Notes under the pieces: model-generated
What the model was told of the DNA's origin: nothing
The model's input: the letters and a program-made list of their open reading frames with translations, nothing else
Databases searched by the model: none
Position numbers and translations under genes: made by a program
In this document: positions 44,351 through 59,339 of the stretch, piece by piece
Position numbering within the stretch: the stretch's first letter is position 1
Layout of the letters: every line of letters begins with the position of its first letter
From: Eledone cirrhosa
Lineage: Eukaryota
DNA length: 64,000 nt
Reading direction: 5' to 3'
Assembly (NCBI GenBank): GCA_964016885.1
Contig: OZ024742.1
Coordinates: 34,162,001 to 34,226,000 of the forward strand

Positions 44351-46285
44351 TATATATATATATATATTTATATGTATATTGTATTGAATTAGCCACCAGT
44401 TGGTGTAGAATTAATTGTTATGGAATAAAGAAATTATTATTGTTGATACAATTTTTCTTTCTCTTTATTTTCTTCTTTAATCCTCACACCGGAAAACTTC
44501 CGGACGTGAGAGATATTTTCTTTTCGCCAAACAAGTTAATAGACATTGTGGCGTAAGAAAGGACTAATGGAAACACTCCAAAGACATTTTTTCACGAGTT
44601 TATTTAATGTTTGGTTCCTTTTAGTAATAACGTAGTTTAAATAGAATTTCTTGTTGGCTAATCTAAAGTTGATCGCTAACTACATACATGTTTACATTTA
44701 ATGAAATAACTTACTTATGTAAAGATCATTCAGTACTTATATAGTTATCTGCTTTCACATAGAATATTTATATCAATGAACACGCTTAATTTTGTTGAAA
44801 TGTAAACATGCAACAAAGAACTAATTGTTAAAGAGAAATTTTTTTATTTGAAATGAATTCACTAAGTACATATATATGATAATTTCAGATGGGCTTTTAT
44901 TGAGTCTTATAACACAGTTCACTAACATATAAATGGTTTGTGATATATTTTCATGATAAAAGCTGGAACGATGATAATTTTCAGTCTTGTTTGAGCTGGC
45001 CAATATAGACGTGGGGAGCGTTTAGGACTATATTTATCTTGTTTGTCTTTCCCTTGAGTAGAAATGAAATTATAGTTTCACAAATGTCTCTAGTAAAAAA
45101 ATTGCTAAATGCATTTCAAAAAAATATGATGGATAAAAAAGTATTTATACTAACACCCCCACCCCCCGCACACACGTACACACACACTCACATACACACA
45201 CATTCGGGTAATGCTGTATACCACTCAGTTGTACGATACAATCTCTCATTAGGTAAGGCAGCATGTTTTAATCTATAAATCTAAAACTATAGAAAAAACC
45301 AAGATGGTACATGAACCATACGATGCAGAAAATATGTACTTTCTGAAGCTGTATTATTTTGTTGATTACAACCATTTTTAGAATCAACCTGACAAATACA
45401 TAAAGGTGTTAATATGCAGCTGCGCTCTCTGGGAGTTGCTTGAAAATGATCAACTTGGAAGTCGGCTTATTTGCGTCAACAATTTATATACACCGGCCAA
45501 CTGCATGATAGAAACACTTTTCGCAATCTGCACACACAGTTTAAAGAATGAATTCACTTATTCTATTCGAAGAATGGTAAAGAGATGCCATAGTAAAACA
45601 AATTATTGGAGATTTGAGAAAGTTATTCCTATTAAACAATTATTATATCACTCCATTCACATTAGACAAAGTGTGTGCGACAATCTCCCTACATCTCTTT
45701 GCCAGACACATCGCATGGACTTAACCGGGGAGGGGGTGAGAACAAGAAGATATTTATATAATTGGAGCAATCTCTCGTATCTCCTCTTTGTAAAGAGGGG
45801 TTATCACTTCCGATTACCATTGCTTAGAATACATTCTTTATTAAAGGCTTTTAATATCTCAGGTCGAATTTCCTTCTTCACAGAGTTCTGACAGCTTCTT
45901 ACATAGTAAGGTTACGTTCTCGAGGCAATCCAAATTAAAACGTTAAGGGGAAGGGTGAAGATGATGTTCCTGAAGATATCACCCGTTCCCTTGTGAGCAC
46001 CAATTCCCCTCCACAGCTTTGCGCATATATTTATATGGGTGTATGTGTATGTGTGTATGTATATGTATATATATATATATACGTGGGAAAGTGAAAAATC
46101 GGAGAATAGACCGTTAAAACATGTTTATTTAAAATATCACCTACGTACGTTTCGCCCAGTTATGTGTGTGTGTGTGTGTAGATGTGTCTGCATGTGTTTA
46201 TATGTCTATGTATGTCCATCTTCTACCTACCTATCTAAGTAGTTATTATTCCTTCTCTCTCTCCCCCTCTCTCTCTATAATATAC

Positions 46286-46341
<56 letters not shown>

Positions 46342-46354
46342 TATACAGTATATA

Positions 46355-46420
<66 letters not shown>

Positions 46421-46704
46421 TATATATATTATATATATATATATATATATACAATTACAAGAAACGAAGCAAGTTGTGTGGTTACAGTAAACAAAGTTTA
46501 AGATGGTAAAATGGACGAAACAAGAGAAGAAATCCTTCATCAGCTGTTAGCTGTAGATCAGAGATGTTTCGGTGCTTATATATAAATCTCCTCCTCTCTC
46601 TCTGTCGAACAGTATCCACTATTGTATCTCTATGTATCTTTTTATCTGTTATTCACCTATCTATCTATCTGTCTATCTCCTTCTATCTATATATATGTCT
46701 GTAT

Positions 46705-49700
46705 GTCGTTGATAGTAGACGTCTTTCACATCGGCTCTTCGATTTTGAATCATTACTTGGTTATTTGTGAGTGTATTATTTAAATTGTTTTACTATTGTT
46801 GACTCTAACCCCTCGTCTGGGACTGTAGACGTAGGGTAAATATATTTTCGCCCCTTTTGGGGTGAACAAATATTTAATTCAAAATGTTTATCGATATCGT
46901 TGAAAACGAGGAAGCCATATTGCAAGCTAACGCCACGCCCACCAAAAAAAGCGAGAAAGAGGGAACAACAATTCAAACTGTTGAACAACCCCTCCTCTCC
47001 AATGGAAAAAAAACAAACTATTAATTCGAGTGAAAACCCACATTTTGAAAATAATAACAGGGAAAAAAATACTACAAAAGATGAAACCAACAACATTGCA
47101 ACAACAAGCAACAATGAACGAAGCGAAAGCAACAAAGACAGCAAAGTTTCTTTGCCCAAACGGTCAGGAAAGCTATCGAATACAAGCCCATAGACATTAC
47201 TAACGCTAAGCAGAAATTGCTAAATGCCAGAAAATACGTATCTTTTGGGGAGGATGGTTCTTTAACGATCAACTAGCCCCCACCTTTGATGACTTTGAGA
47301 TGCACGCATCTCTCTGTCAGCCCGGAGGTGGGGGTGGGGTTGTCGTTCTGCTGCAAAAACATCTGGGTCTCGCTACATAGACGGTACACTTGGATCCGGA
47401 GGGTCGACTCGTGGTTCTGGACCTTGGCAGTGGTGAAGGCGAAGCTTTTCGGCTTGTCGCCATTTTGGGGCTATGCGGTTGGACTTCTTCCATCGTCTGG
47501 AGACTTTTCTAGGGACGTCCCGCTCCTTGCTTTTAGTGGGGGACTGGAATGGTATCCTAGATGCACGTTGGGACTATGTAGGGGCATGTCCCGATAGAGT
47601 GGGGTGTAACAGCCTCAAGGGGTTAATCAGCCGATTTGACCTGGCCGATAGATATCGACTAGATTTTCCGACTGTGCCAACCTGGACTTGGACAAATCAT
47701 AGTGGTCAATCTAGATCGTACCTAGATATGTTCTTAGTTAGAATTAAGGATAGCGACTTTTTAAGTTGTCCAGAAATGCTCATGGTGGGCTATTCAGACC
47801 ACAAGTTAGTGACCTGCGTAGTCCACCTTGATAGAACGCATAGGCAGGGCCCCGGTTACTGGAAGCTCAACTTGTCCTTACCGGCAAGTAGAGCTTACAG
47901 GGACCGGATTAGAACCTTAGTTAAGGAGCAGTTGACGGGCGCCATCGTCAACAGCAGGTGGGGGACTCTCTAAAAAGAGAGATTAGAGTAGTTTCAATAG
48001 GAGTTAGTAAGGAGTTAGCCTCAGATAGAAATAGGAAGGAAAGGGAGTTGGTAGTTAGTGTTGAAGAGGCAATGAGAAGCGCAACGTGGCCATAGTGCAA
48101 GCGTCGAGAACGGACTTGAGCCAGTTCTTCGACGCGAAACACGAAGGCTGCGTTGTCCAAAGCAAAATACGTGCTCTGGGAAACGAGGGGACTAAAGTTG
48201 TTAGCTGGGCCCGCGTGACAGACGCCAAAAGTGGGATTAGATCCACTATCCGGTCTTTGCGAGACCAGGATGGACGGCTGATCCTTGAACCTAAGCACAT
48301 GTGCGAGGCCTTTCAAAGGCACTTTGCCCGATTGTTCGGGAGGGGCGGGGGGCCGGTTGGAGATGTGGATTTCGGTCCATACCTCGACGGCCTGCCGCGT
48401 CTTTCAGACAAGGAAGCGAGGTCCTGCGACGGGCCGATCTCAGCTGCTGAAATAGGGGACACGCTGAGCCTATGCTGCAAACGCAAATCTCCAGGGCTCG
48501 ATGGTCTGCCCTACGAACTATATATTAATATGCCGGACTTGTTCCCCGATCTCCTTGAGGCGGTCTACTGCAACTGGCAACAGAACGGGAGAATTCCCTG
48601 TTCTGTGACCAAGGGCGTAGTCTCGCTAGTGAGGAAGGACGAGAACAAAGGGGATGACATTAGTAATTTTAGGCCCATAACTCTGCTAAATGCAGAGTTA
48701 AAGATTTTGGGCAAGGTGTTAGCGAAGAGGTTGGCGCTTGTCGTGGGGGGCCTGGTTGGAGATGCGCAGACATGCGCTATCCCGTCCAGGTCCATCCACG
48801 ACAACCTCCACCCTATGCGATACATTATAGAGAGGGTTGGGAACGAACCCGGCTTTGGTGGGGCCCTGATAAATTTAGATCAGTCTAAAGCGTTCGATAG
48901 GGTGGACCAAGGTTACCTGGATGCGGTACTAGCGGCGGCTGGTTTTGGACCCGTTTTCAAGGGCTGGATCACTGCCATGCACAGCAGCCGCATCTGCTCT
49001 AGAGTCAAGGTGAACGGCTACCTCTCGGAGCCGTTCGAAATCACCCACTCCATCCGACAGGGGTGCCCTCTCTCCTCCATTCTGTATGTGTTGGCTCTCG
49101 AGCCACTACTGCGGAAGTTGGAGTTGTTGCAGGGCATCCCTTTGGAACTGGGATTGCGCAAAGCGGTGTCGGCCTACGCCGATGACGTAACAGTAATGGT
49201 GTCGACCACCGCGGAAATCGAGACAATCGGCACCTTACTGGAGGAGTACGAAAGGTTGACAGGGGCTAAGCTGAACCGGGACAAGTCAGTCGCTTTGCAA
49301 CTCGGCAAGTGGAGGGGCAAACCGGTGAAGTTGCTTGGGGTCTGGTTCGGCCGGACCTCCAGGTGGAGAAAAACTGGTGTGAGGTGTCGAATAGGGTGTT
49401 TGCACTGACCCAGAAGTGGGCCGAGTGCAAACTATGCCTGAAAGGTCGGGCGGAGGTGGCGAACGCTTACATGGCGTCCGTCATCTATTACCGCTTGACT
49501 GTCGTGCCTTGCCCGGGTGAGATTCTCGCCAAAATGGAGCGCACTCTCTTTCACTTCCTTTGGAAGAAGGGGTCTCCCCTGGTGAGGACATCCATCTGCT
49601 GTCAACACCCTTTGAAAGGAGGGCTGGGGATGCCGTGGCTAAAAATGCGTAAACACGCATTGAGGCTACGGCACCTCCAGGTATTCCTCACCGGTCAACC

Positions 49701-50650
49701 GGTGTGGGCCCCGTTTGTGAGGCGAGCCTTCCCGAGGCTCGTCTAGCTCACCGAGCTGCAGTCCTTGGTGAAGCAAAGACCGAGAAAACTGGGCGACTGG
49801 CACATCGAGTGTGCCCAGGCGCTCACGGCTCTCTGGCAGGCGGACCCGGCTATCGGTGGAGACTCCACCTCGTCATTCTATAGAGGGCTGGTGGTTACCA
49901 TGTGCGATGACGCCCTCGGAGAAACCCTAGGCATGGAGGAGGACGAACTGGCCAGCCTATTCGGTAGAACTTTCGGCCCGGTACCTATGGACAACTTCCA
50001 GAAGTCCTTGGACTGGCAGTGCTACCGAGGGGCTCTGCCCGTTCGGGATAAGCTCTACCGACACGGGCTCCCGGGTAGGGACCCTTCGAATAAGATCTGT
50101 CCCAGATGCGTGCGCGACGAGGAAACCGTCGCGCACGCATTGGTACACTGTCCGGGCGTTGCCGATCTGTGGGGCTATGTCGAACAACTGCTGTCACGGG
50201 TGGGACCAATTAGGTTGACCACTGAGTCCATTGTAACGATCAAGCCGCCTCCCCCTTCAAAAATGAAGGAGAGGCGGTCTTCCTCTGTGTAATAGCCATG
50301 GTAAAAGAGGTTGTATTGTGGACGCGTCTAAAAGGGCTGAGGTCGGACACCTTTCTTTCCGGCCAACAACTGGTCCTTTTCTTCCAATACCATTTCGGAA
50401 GAAGGATCAGGATGGAGAGAGAGGTGCTCCACCCCAGCCAGTTTTATGAAAGGTGGGTGAAAGGTGGGTGAAAGAAGGGTCGCACATTTTTTTTTAGGTG
50501 TGTGTGTGACCCCAAAACGATCCCTCCCTATTTAGGACCTTTTTGTTACAATTTTATTTATTACATTTTTCTTACTCGATTTATATGTAAACTCCTCCCC
50601 TCCATGTACATGTCCCTTTCTTTTGTGCCCTCGTGGCAAATAAACAGAAA
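46705..50650 (+). mobile_element. L1/Tx1-like LINE copy 4, with a large ORF1-ORF2 internal deletion
   Basis: 5' motif shared with copies 2 and 3; ORF1 N-terminus is joined to the APE region at ~47270; RT with YADD; AATAAA end. Confidence 0.94.
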
Positions 50651-50843
50651 TTTGTCTATATATCTTAAAAGGAAGCAGAGCAGGAAGGTTAATTGAGAAT
50701 GAAGGAAATGCGAGAAGGTGAAATGTGTTCCACTTAACGGCATTCATCCCAAATGTGTCTGGTATTGTATTTAAAGACTTGGCTACAATTTAGGTATCAT
50801 GGCGGTAGATATTATCATATGTATGTTTATTTTTCTATCTGAC

Positions 50844-50880
<37 letters not shown>

Positions 50881-50926
50881 ATGTATGTATGTATGTATGT
50901 ATGCATGCATGCATGCATGCATGTAT

Positions 50927-51533
50927 GTCAGGTCACCAGTTGGTGCTACTGGTAACATGTATCCCAGTACAACCTGTCTCATGGTCGGGTCGTTGGCGAC
51001 TAAACTGGCAACCCCACCAAGGCTTCTTGGTGAGGAGGGTGACTTTGGACATCCTGCAGGACTAAAAACAAAACCTGTCAAAGGGCAAAGGAGCTCTTAA
51101 GAGTCAATGACCATCCAAAATCACCGGGAGAGATGACCCTTAGCCTTTGTCAAGGCAGAATTCCAGGAGAAGGAAAACTCTGATATAACACCTGCAACCC
51201 TGATGGTATCCAATGATGTTGACTTGTTCTTCTTTTTGGTAAATATCATCTTGGTTAAGAGAGTGGGACTGGCTTTGTGCAGTGCCTTTGCTCACTATAA
51301 AAGCTTCACGGCACAGGCATTGCTTTATATCTGGAGATCTCTCTGCACTTGTCGTCACGTGGTACCATGGGCCTAGCACTATGTGTCAATAATTGTCACA
51401 GGTGTAGTGTTTGTACCAGAGTTTTCAAGTCGCTGGCTGGACTAAAAAGTCACACTCGTTCAGCGCATCGGTAGGGGTTCTCCTACATGGATATAAAGTA
51501 GTGGCCGTACTCGAAAACGAGTTGGCAGCCACC
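50927..51533 (+). mobile_element. Non-autonomous RTE-like element, copy B
   Basis: Same ends as copy A; (TATG)n flanks. Confidence 0.85.
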
Positions 51534-51595
51534 ATGTATGTATGTATGTATGTATGTATGTATGTATGTATGTATGTATGTATGTATGTATATTT

Positions 51596-51679
51596 TTGGG
51601 GTGCCAACTCTGTGCAAGACATTTTAGATCATTGGCTGGGCTAAAAAGCCACATTCGATGGCAGCGCTGTTAATTGCTA

Positions 51680-51743
<64 letters not shown>

Positions 51744-51888
51744 ATATGTTTATGTGTGTGCGTGTATATATATATATATATGTGTCTATTATTAATGTTG
51801 CTGTCGTTATTATTGTTGTTATTGTTATTATTATGGTTTACTTTTTCTCGTGCAATGGCCATACTCGATAACGAGGGAGAAGTCATCA
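51596..51888 (+). mobile_element. 3' remnant of a related RTE-like subfamily, split by (GT)n
   Basis: Encodes an SLAGLKSHIR-like peptide; 'ggccatactcgataacgag' is followed by (TATG)n. Confidence 0.5.
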
Positions 51889-52036
51889 TGTATGTATGCA
51901 CCCATGCATGCATGTATGTATACATGTATGTATGTATGTATGTATGTATGTATGTATGTATGTATGTATGTATGTATGTATGTATGTATGTACGTATGTA
52001 TGTATAAATGTACGTATGTATGTATGTATGTATGCA

Positions 52037-52200
52037 TGTGTCAGTAATTGTGTCAGTAATTGTCACATGTGTAGTGTTTGTGCCAGAGTTTTCAAGTCGC
52101 TGGCTGGACTAAAAAGTCACACTCGTTCAGCGCATCGGTAGGGGTTCTCCTACATGGATATAAAGTAGTGGCCGTACTCGAAAACGAGTTGGCAGCCACC
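52037..52200 (+). mobile_element. 5'-truncated RTE-like element, copy C
   Basis: Encodes CSVCARVFKSLAGLKSHTRSAHR*; (TATG)n flanks. Confidence 0.82.
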
Positions 52201-52399
52201 ATGTATGCATGCATGTATGTATGTATGTATGTATGTATGTATGTATGTATGTATGTATGTATGTATGCATGGATGCATGCATGTATGTATGTATGTATGT
52301 ATTGATAGAGAGAGAGAGGTAAATGAATGAATTGCTAGTGAGTGTGATAGCCCGGCGAGGAAAAAGAAAAGGTTAATTAATGGACCATAGATTGAACGA

Positions 52400-52789
<390 letters not shown>

Positions 52790-52847
52790 TAAATATTTTG
52801 TTTGAATTGACTTGTGAAAGGGATTAGTGTCACTCTACTTTATATTC

Positions 52848-53007
52848 GGTGGATTGGCAGTATCGGTAGAGTTGCGGCCCTTGCCATTCTGAGTTCAAAT
52901 CCCGCCGAGGTTAACTTTGCCTTTCATCCTTATGTGGTCGATAAAATAAAGTACCAGTAATACACTGGATAATTGCTGGCCTTGTGCCAAAAGTAGAAAC
53001 AATTATT
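52848..53007 (+). mobile_element. tRNA-derived SINE
   Basis: A and B boxes; body 'actttgcctttcatcctt..ggtcgataaa'; matches the other copies. Confidence 0.88.
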
Positions 53008-53142
53008 ACTGACAGCGGGTAGTCGCTGGAATCGACCCTTGTACTTCAATTATAATAGGGAAAGATTAATTGGCTAATTTCATGATTATCCCATTATTCC
53101 ATAATTAGATTGTTTGATTGGTCCATTAATGGATATATACAT

Positions 53143-53199
<57 letters not shown>

Positions 53200-53791
53200 G
53201 GTGGCTGCCAACTCGTTTTTGAGTACGGCCACTACTACTGTATATCCATGTAGGAGAACTCCTATCGAAGCGCTGAACGAGTGTGACTTTTTAGTCCAGC
53301 CAGCGACTTGAAAACTCTGGTACAAACACTACACCTGTGACAATTATTGACACATAGTATTGGGCCCATGGTACCATGTGACGACAAGTGTAGAGAGATC
53401 TCCTGATATAAAGCAATGCCTGTGCCGTGAAGCTTTTATAGTGAGCAAAGGCACTGCACAAAGCCAGTCCCACTCTCTTAACCAAGGTGATATTTACCAA
53501 AAAGAAGAACAAGTCAATATCATTGGATACCGTCAGCATTGCAGGTGTTATATCAGAGTTTTCCTTCTCCTAGAATTCTGCCTTGACAAAGGCTAAGGGG
53601 TGATCTCTCCCGGTGATTTTAGATGGCCATTGACTCTTAAGAGCTCCTTTGCCCTTTGACATGTTTTGTTTTTAGTCCTGCAGGATGTCCAAGAAACCTT
53701 GGTGGGTTGCTAGTTTAGTCGCCAACGACCCGACGATGGGACAGGTTGTACTGCGATACATGTTACCAGTAGCACCAACTGGTGACCTGAC
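53200..53791 (-). mobile_element. Non-autonomous RTE-like element, copy D
   Basis: Reverse complement of copy B with a small deletion. Confidence 0.85.
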
Positions 53792-53799
53792 ACATACAC

Positions 53800-53873
<74 letters not shown>

Positions 53874-54199
53874 ATGTATATGTATATATATATATGTATA
53901 TGTCTATATGTATATGTATATGTATATATATATATATGTATATATATATATGTATATATGTATATGTATATATGTGTATATATATATATTTATATGTATA
54001 TATGTGTATATATATATGTATATATGTATATGTATATATGTATATATATTTATGTATATATATTTATGTATATATATTTATGTATATATATATGTATATA
54101 TATTTATGTATATATATATATGTATATATATATTTATGTATATATATATATATGTATATATATTTATGTAGATATATAAATGTATATAATATATATATA

Positions 54200-55200
54200 C
54201 ACGCATAAACCTAACACCTATAACATGATTAATGATGAGGCCAAAGGTATTGCCACACATTTTAAAATAGACAATAGAGGATCACAAACCAGATTTCACA
54301 AACAGGCCTTGATTAATAAATCCTGCAAGGACTGAGTTAGGAATAGATAGTAACAAATATTAATAGACAACAACACATGTATCATTAAAACACCAATGGA
54401 TTTGCAGTATCTGTAGAGCGTCAGACACCATACTTTGCTGCACAGAGTTATGGCCCATTACGTTCTGAGTTCAAATCCCGCCAAGGTTAATTCTGCCTTT
54501 CATCCTTACGGGGTTGATAAAATAAAGTTCCAGTAATGCACTGCGGTAATTGCTGGCCTTGTGCCAAAAGTAGAAACAATTATGAAAACACCAATCTTTC
54601 ACTGTGAATGATATATCATATCATGGCATGCTGGCTCACAGAAATCCCCTTTAATAACAAAAACCAGTTCAGACAGTTTCATATAGATTTTTATCTCTCT
54701 ATTTCTAGAACCTGCCTTAATAACGATTTAGACTTTGTTCATTCTTTTGTATACATCAGCGACATGGAATACAAACTTATATTCCACGCCTGTAGAAGCC
54801 TCATATTTAGTAATGGTACTATTTGGGTAAAAACTGTCAGATTCTGATGATTCTTTTGATGTCTCCATGGGGTCATATGACAATGCTGCTGTTTGTAATC
54901 TTATCGGTTTATACATTCTTCATACGCTAAAGTCTAAATTCCCCAACCAATCCTTTGGTCTATACCGTGACAATAGTCTTTAGTTTTCACAGGATTGTAG
55001 TGGACAGACTCTGGACGGATTCCATAAAAATTAATTGACACCTTTCGTGCACTAGGAGTTAAAATTCCGGTTGATACGAACCTTACTAATGCAAATTGCC
55101 TTGATATAAACTTAGACATAATCACAGCTTCGTATAATTCATACCACAACACAATGAAAAATTGAAATATATTAATATAGTTTCATGCCAAATCCCTGCT
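54200..55200 (+). pseudogene. Decayed Penelope-like (Naiad-type) RT fragment
   Basis: INDEAKGIATHFKIDNR, QFHID.FY.SIS and FDVSMGSYDNAAVCNLIGLYIL..GLYRDN; homologous to the element at 41734-43803. Confidence 0.85.
54398..54584 (+). mobile_element. tRNA-derived SINE inserted in the Penelope-like relic
   Basis: 11-bp target-site duplication AAAACACCAAT (54387-54397 / 54585-54595). Confidence 0.9.
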
Positions 55201-55767
55201 GTTTCTATCTCAAAGAAGCAGCTAATTTGAACCATTGTTTCCGGACCAATTGAAACATTGTTTCCTTAGAGGTCCGATCTGGAAAATTGAGGTAATGAGC
55301 AAGTTAATATAGATAGAATATATACGGGATATATATATATATACATAGAGAAAGGAGAGAGAAACAAATTAAGTGTGAAAAGTAAACAAATAAATATGTA
55401 AGTAAATAAATAAATAAGTAAACAAGAAAATATAAAATTTGAAAAATAGAATTTTATCATGAACTAAGATAATTTTCTCTAGGCCCACGCACATGCACAC
55501 GCATGCACACACGCACACATGGACAATCACATACTCACATAGAAATGCACCGAAACATACATAGATGCGTTTCGACGCACACGCTTACACAGAAGCATAT
55601 ACAGAAGTAGAAATACACACACACACCTATATCTATACACAAGACCTCATTCTTCAGTCCACTTCTGAGCAAGGAAGATGGGAAAAAACTTACTCCAACA
55701 CTTAATTCTAAATCTTTAATTTTTAGTTTTTAATTCCTATTAATTCTTTTTAATTGTAATACTCAAC

Positions 55768-55809
55768 ATTTGATAAGATGAAACTTAATAATACATCGAA
55801 ACCGGTAAT
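55768..55809 (+). ncRNA. Hammerhead-like motif, U3-A8 core variant, weak stem I
   Basis: AT-TTGATAA-GATG(13 nt)CATC-GAAA-CCGGT-A-AT; lies downstream of, and on the same strand as, the Penelope-like RT relic. Confidence 0.5.
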
Positions 55810-56030
55810 ACTTTATATACTTTATATACATTATAAAACACTTTTTTAAAAGAATTGTCCCTCTCGTTTTTTCAAATATGTCAACTTTTCAATAATGCCA
55901 CTTTGACGAATCAAAGAAAGGATAAAAAAGAATAACAGACCCTAAAATATATTTTCCGTGCTATTTCCAACTTCACCTTTTCTCTATATCCACTGTTTTG
56001 TATAGAACCTTACTTCCCTTTTCTAATATA

Positions 56031-56121
<91 letters not shown>

Positions 56122-56177
56122 ATGGAAGTTGCGTTTCGCTAATTTCTACCCGCCGAAATGCGATTCTCGCTAAATTT

Positions 56178-56377
56178 ATATATATATATATTATTCAAAA
56201 TGTTAATAAATGCTTCTAATCTATTGTAAAATTCTATTCGTTGATTAATCAACGTACCATATTAATCTTTGGTTATATATATATATATATATATATATAA
56301 CCAAAGATTAATATGGTACGTTGATTAATCAACGAATAGAATTTTACAATAGATTAGAAGCATTTATTAACATTTTG

Positions 56378-56400
<23 letters not shown>
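56178..56400. repeat. Fold-back element 7: apparently perfect ~85-bp arms around a central (TA)n
   Basis: Arms ~56190-56274 / 56299-56383, each with the internal palindrome CGTTGATTAATCAACG. Confidence 0.95.
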
Positions 56401-56457
<57 letters not shown>

Positions 56458-56479
56458 GGATAGCAAACACACACATAGT

Positions 56480-56550
<71 letters not shown>

Positions 56551-56785
56551 GACACAGCTATTACACAAGGAAGCGTAATAGCTTTGCCTTTTGTTCTATT
56601 GAATGATTTCATGCAATTGTGACACCAACTTAATTAAACTTGCATAAACAACACACTGAAAAGAAATAAAAGAAATGGTGGGTGGGGTGGAGGGAGATTA
56701 AGAGAAACTGGAAGGTGGTGGTGGGGCTGGGGTATAATAGACGACTGGTGCGGGACTCAAAGAAAGGTGGAGCGAGAAGATAGGA

Positions 56786-56839
<54 letters not shown>

Positions 56840-56867
56840 ACTATGTCTCTCTCTCCCTCTCTCTCTG

Positions 56868-56919
<52 letters not shown>

Positions 56920-57017
56920 GTGGTAGAACACTGGAAGGTAATATCCGTAGTGGTAGAGCACTCAGTTCATGGGACGAGTTAGATAGAAATGGTTACACAA
57001 CAGTTAGTTCACCATAC

Positions 57018-57055
57018 CGAGAACAATTGTTTCACCTTAGCGAATCCTCAGCTCG
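57018..57055 (-). ncRNA. Minimal type I hammerhead ribozyme, 3' of a Penelope-like EN domain
   Basis: CGAG-CTGAGGA-(weak stem II)-GAAA-CAATTG-T-T-CTCG; stem I CGAG/CTCG; palindromic stem III. Confidence 0.7.
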
Positions 57056-57204
57056 TAATGGACATGGCTATACTGAACAGGAAGGACAACCATACGAACG
57101 CGCATGCGCAGAAACGATCACTTCACACAGGCAATACTAAATTGCGTGCGAGAGGTGTAAGGAGATAACTGCGAAAGTCCGAAAGTTTCTAGTTGATAAG
57201 AAAA

Positions 57205-58003
57205 TTAGGATGTTGTTTTAATTGAATCTGGAGCTTTGTAGTTATGTAAGAGGTGTTTCCAGACGTGTGGACAACGTCTGAAGAATTCATTCTCGCGTTT
57301 AAGCAATCACTATTGCGTTATCTCTTTAGAATATTTATTCGTTCATCAATACATAGTCCGTATGACGGATTGCCCCTTGCGTATGGGTTGGACTTAGTGA
57401 TGGCTTTCCATTGAATGAGGTAGTCTATACTTGAGTCCTTTCCTTGGAGGACCATACGTGGCTCGCGAGTTTCGTGGATGAACGTCTGTCCGGGTACCTA
57501 AAGGTCGACTGGGGGAAGTGTTCCTTAAATCGGCCCTCCGCCATACATACATAGGATTTGACCTCCTGTGGTTGATTTGGTCGGTTGGAAGTGACCACAG
57601 CTTCATAAACTACAGCGGGTGTGTTGCATTGCTGTTGAAGGGGACAAGCTTCGGGCTTACGGCAAGAGCACCCTGGTGAGGTGCTGCTCTTAGGGATGTT
57701 GGTGATATGGGCCTTCATGTTCTTAGCGCAGGAGTATCCTAGTTTAACTTAGTGTCGGTTAAAGATGGAGCGGTATTTATGACCTATGAGAAAGTATCTA
57801 TCTAAGAGGGTTAGAAATGTTTTGCCTACATTGGTTGAGTGAGAAGGGAGGAGAGAACCAGATAGTTTGTCTATTGTTACGCTTTCTTTTCTTATTGCTG
57901 TTGTTGTTAGTGGGAGAGTAAGTGATAGGTTTTGAGAAGCCGCTGTTAGCTAACGCCGTGTTATAGTAGGGTTCCGCCCTGTCAAAGATAGCCTTATTAG
58001 AGG
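57205..58003 (-). pseudogene. Penelope-like element 3' part (thumb/linker + GIY-YIG), disrupted
   Basis: SSNKAIFDRAEPYYNTALANSGF; CSCRKPEACPLQQQC..VVYEA; STKLASHVW; QWKAI..LCIDE..CPH. Confidence 0.88.
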
Positions 58004-58190
58004 ACTAGTTAGTAAGGCCATACTTAGAAACATAGTTAAGACCATTAGGACCAAGTCCAACCTGTCCCAGTGGGAGAACAGCAACTCCGTAATTAATTGG
58101 TTTAACTCATTCAAATCCAAAAAAGGGAAGTTCACACAGTTTGACATTGTTGATTTTTACCCGTCGATCTCAGAAAGCCTAGTAAACAAA
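58001..58190 (+). pseudogene. Inverted RT fragment, probably of the same Penelope-like element
   Basis: GLVSKAILRNIVKTIRTKSNLSQWENSNSVINWFNSFKSKKGKFTQFDIVDFYPSISESL aligns by eye to the RT at 43803-42316. Confidence 0.85.
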
Positions 58191-58219
58191 ATATGTATGT
58201 AAACATTTTACATACACGC

Positions 58220-58285
<66 letters not shown>

Positions 58286-58800
58286 TTATTAAAATAACAG
58301 ATTAAAGTTTAAGCAAAGAATCGCTGCTTTCACCCTTAACGGGAACTTCTGAAACTAACAAAGTCAATCTGTAAACGCAGAACTGGATATTTCAAAAAAC
58401 GTTGCAACCGGAGGAAGACAGGAAGACGATACTTTGGTTCGTGGAAACGTTCCCTGGCAAAGAACGGGAAAAAACGAATATAATACGTCATTAATAGGAG
58501 CGGTGAAAAACAATTACGCTCTACGGTTCATATATATTTGATATATATTTATCCTTATCGAGCCCTCTTTGGATTTTAGTCTTCAAATTTATTATTATTA
58601 TTATTATATATATATATACATAAAATATAAAGATTTACATAAATACAAGCAGAGGCCGCTTTCGGTTATTTGTCGGAAATTTCTTCATAGGAGCCTTTAT
58701 TCTTATAGCTGGGTCTAATTGATTTTTTATATGGTTAATTATGCTAATTGGGAGAGGAAATAGTATACATTTTATCTAATAATTCTAAAGACATGATTTA

Positions 58801-58844
<44 letters not shown>

Positions 58845-59339
58845 AAAAGGTAAACAGAAATAACAACACAATCGGTACAGTATATGGAAGGGATATATAT
58901 ATATATATATATAGGCAAAAGGGATATTTATTTAATATCATTGTATATATATATATATATATATATACATATATGTATGTATGTATGTATGTATATACAT
59001 ACATACATATGTATATAATGTATATTTATAGAGAGGCAGTGGGAGAGAGAGAGAGTGAGAGAAGATCCTAGTATTGAACTTGAAGTTGATCCAACTCGAT
59101 ATTCTGAAATGTAAAGTTGGTTTCGGTGTAATTTGAGCTCAAAACGAAGAGAACCGAGATGAATAACGCAAAAAAAAAATAATTATCCGACCGCCAAAAT
59201 CTGAAAGAAAAAAATGTAATGTTTACAATCACACATACATACCTACACAGACACATTACCAAATATTCACACCCACGTGCCCACTATCTCTTTATCACGC
59301 ATACTCTAACACGCATACACATACATACAAATATATATA

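Noticed and set aside
45406-45891. 161-aa ORF
   Set aside because: Non-ATG start and no recognisable domain or splice context.
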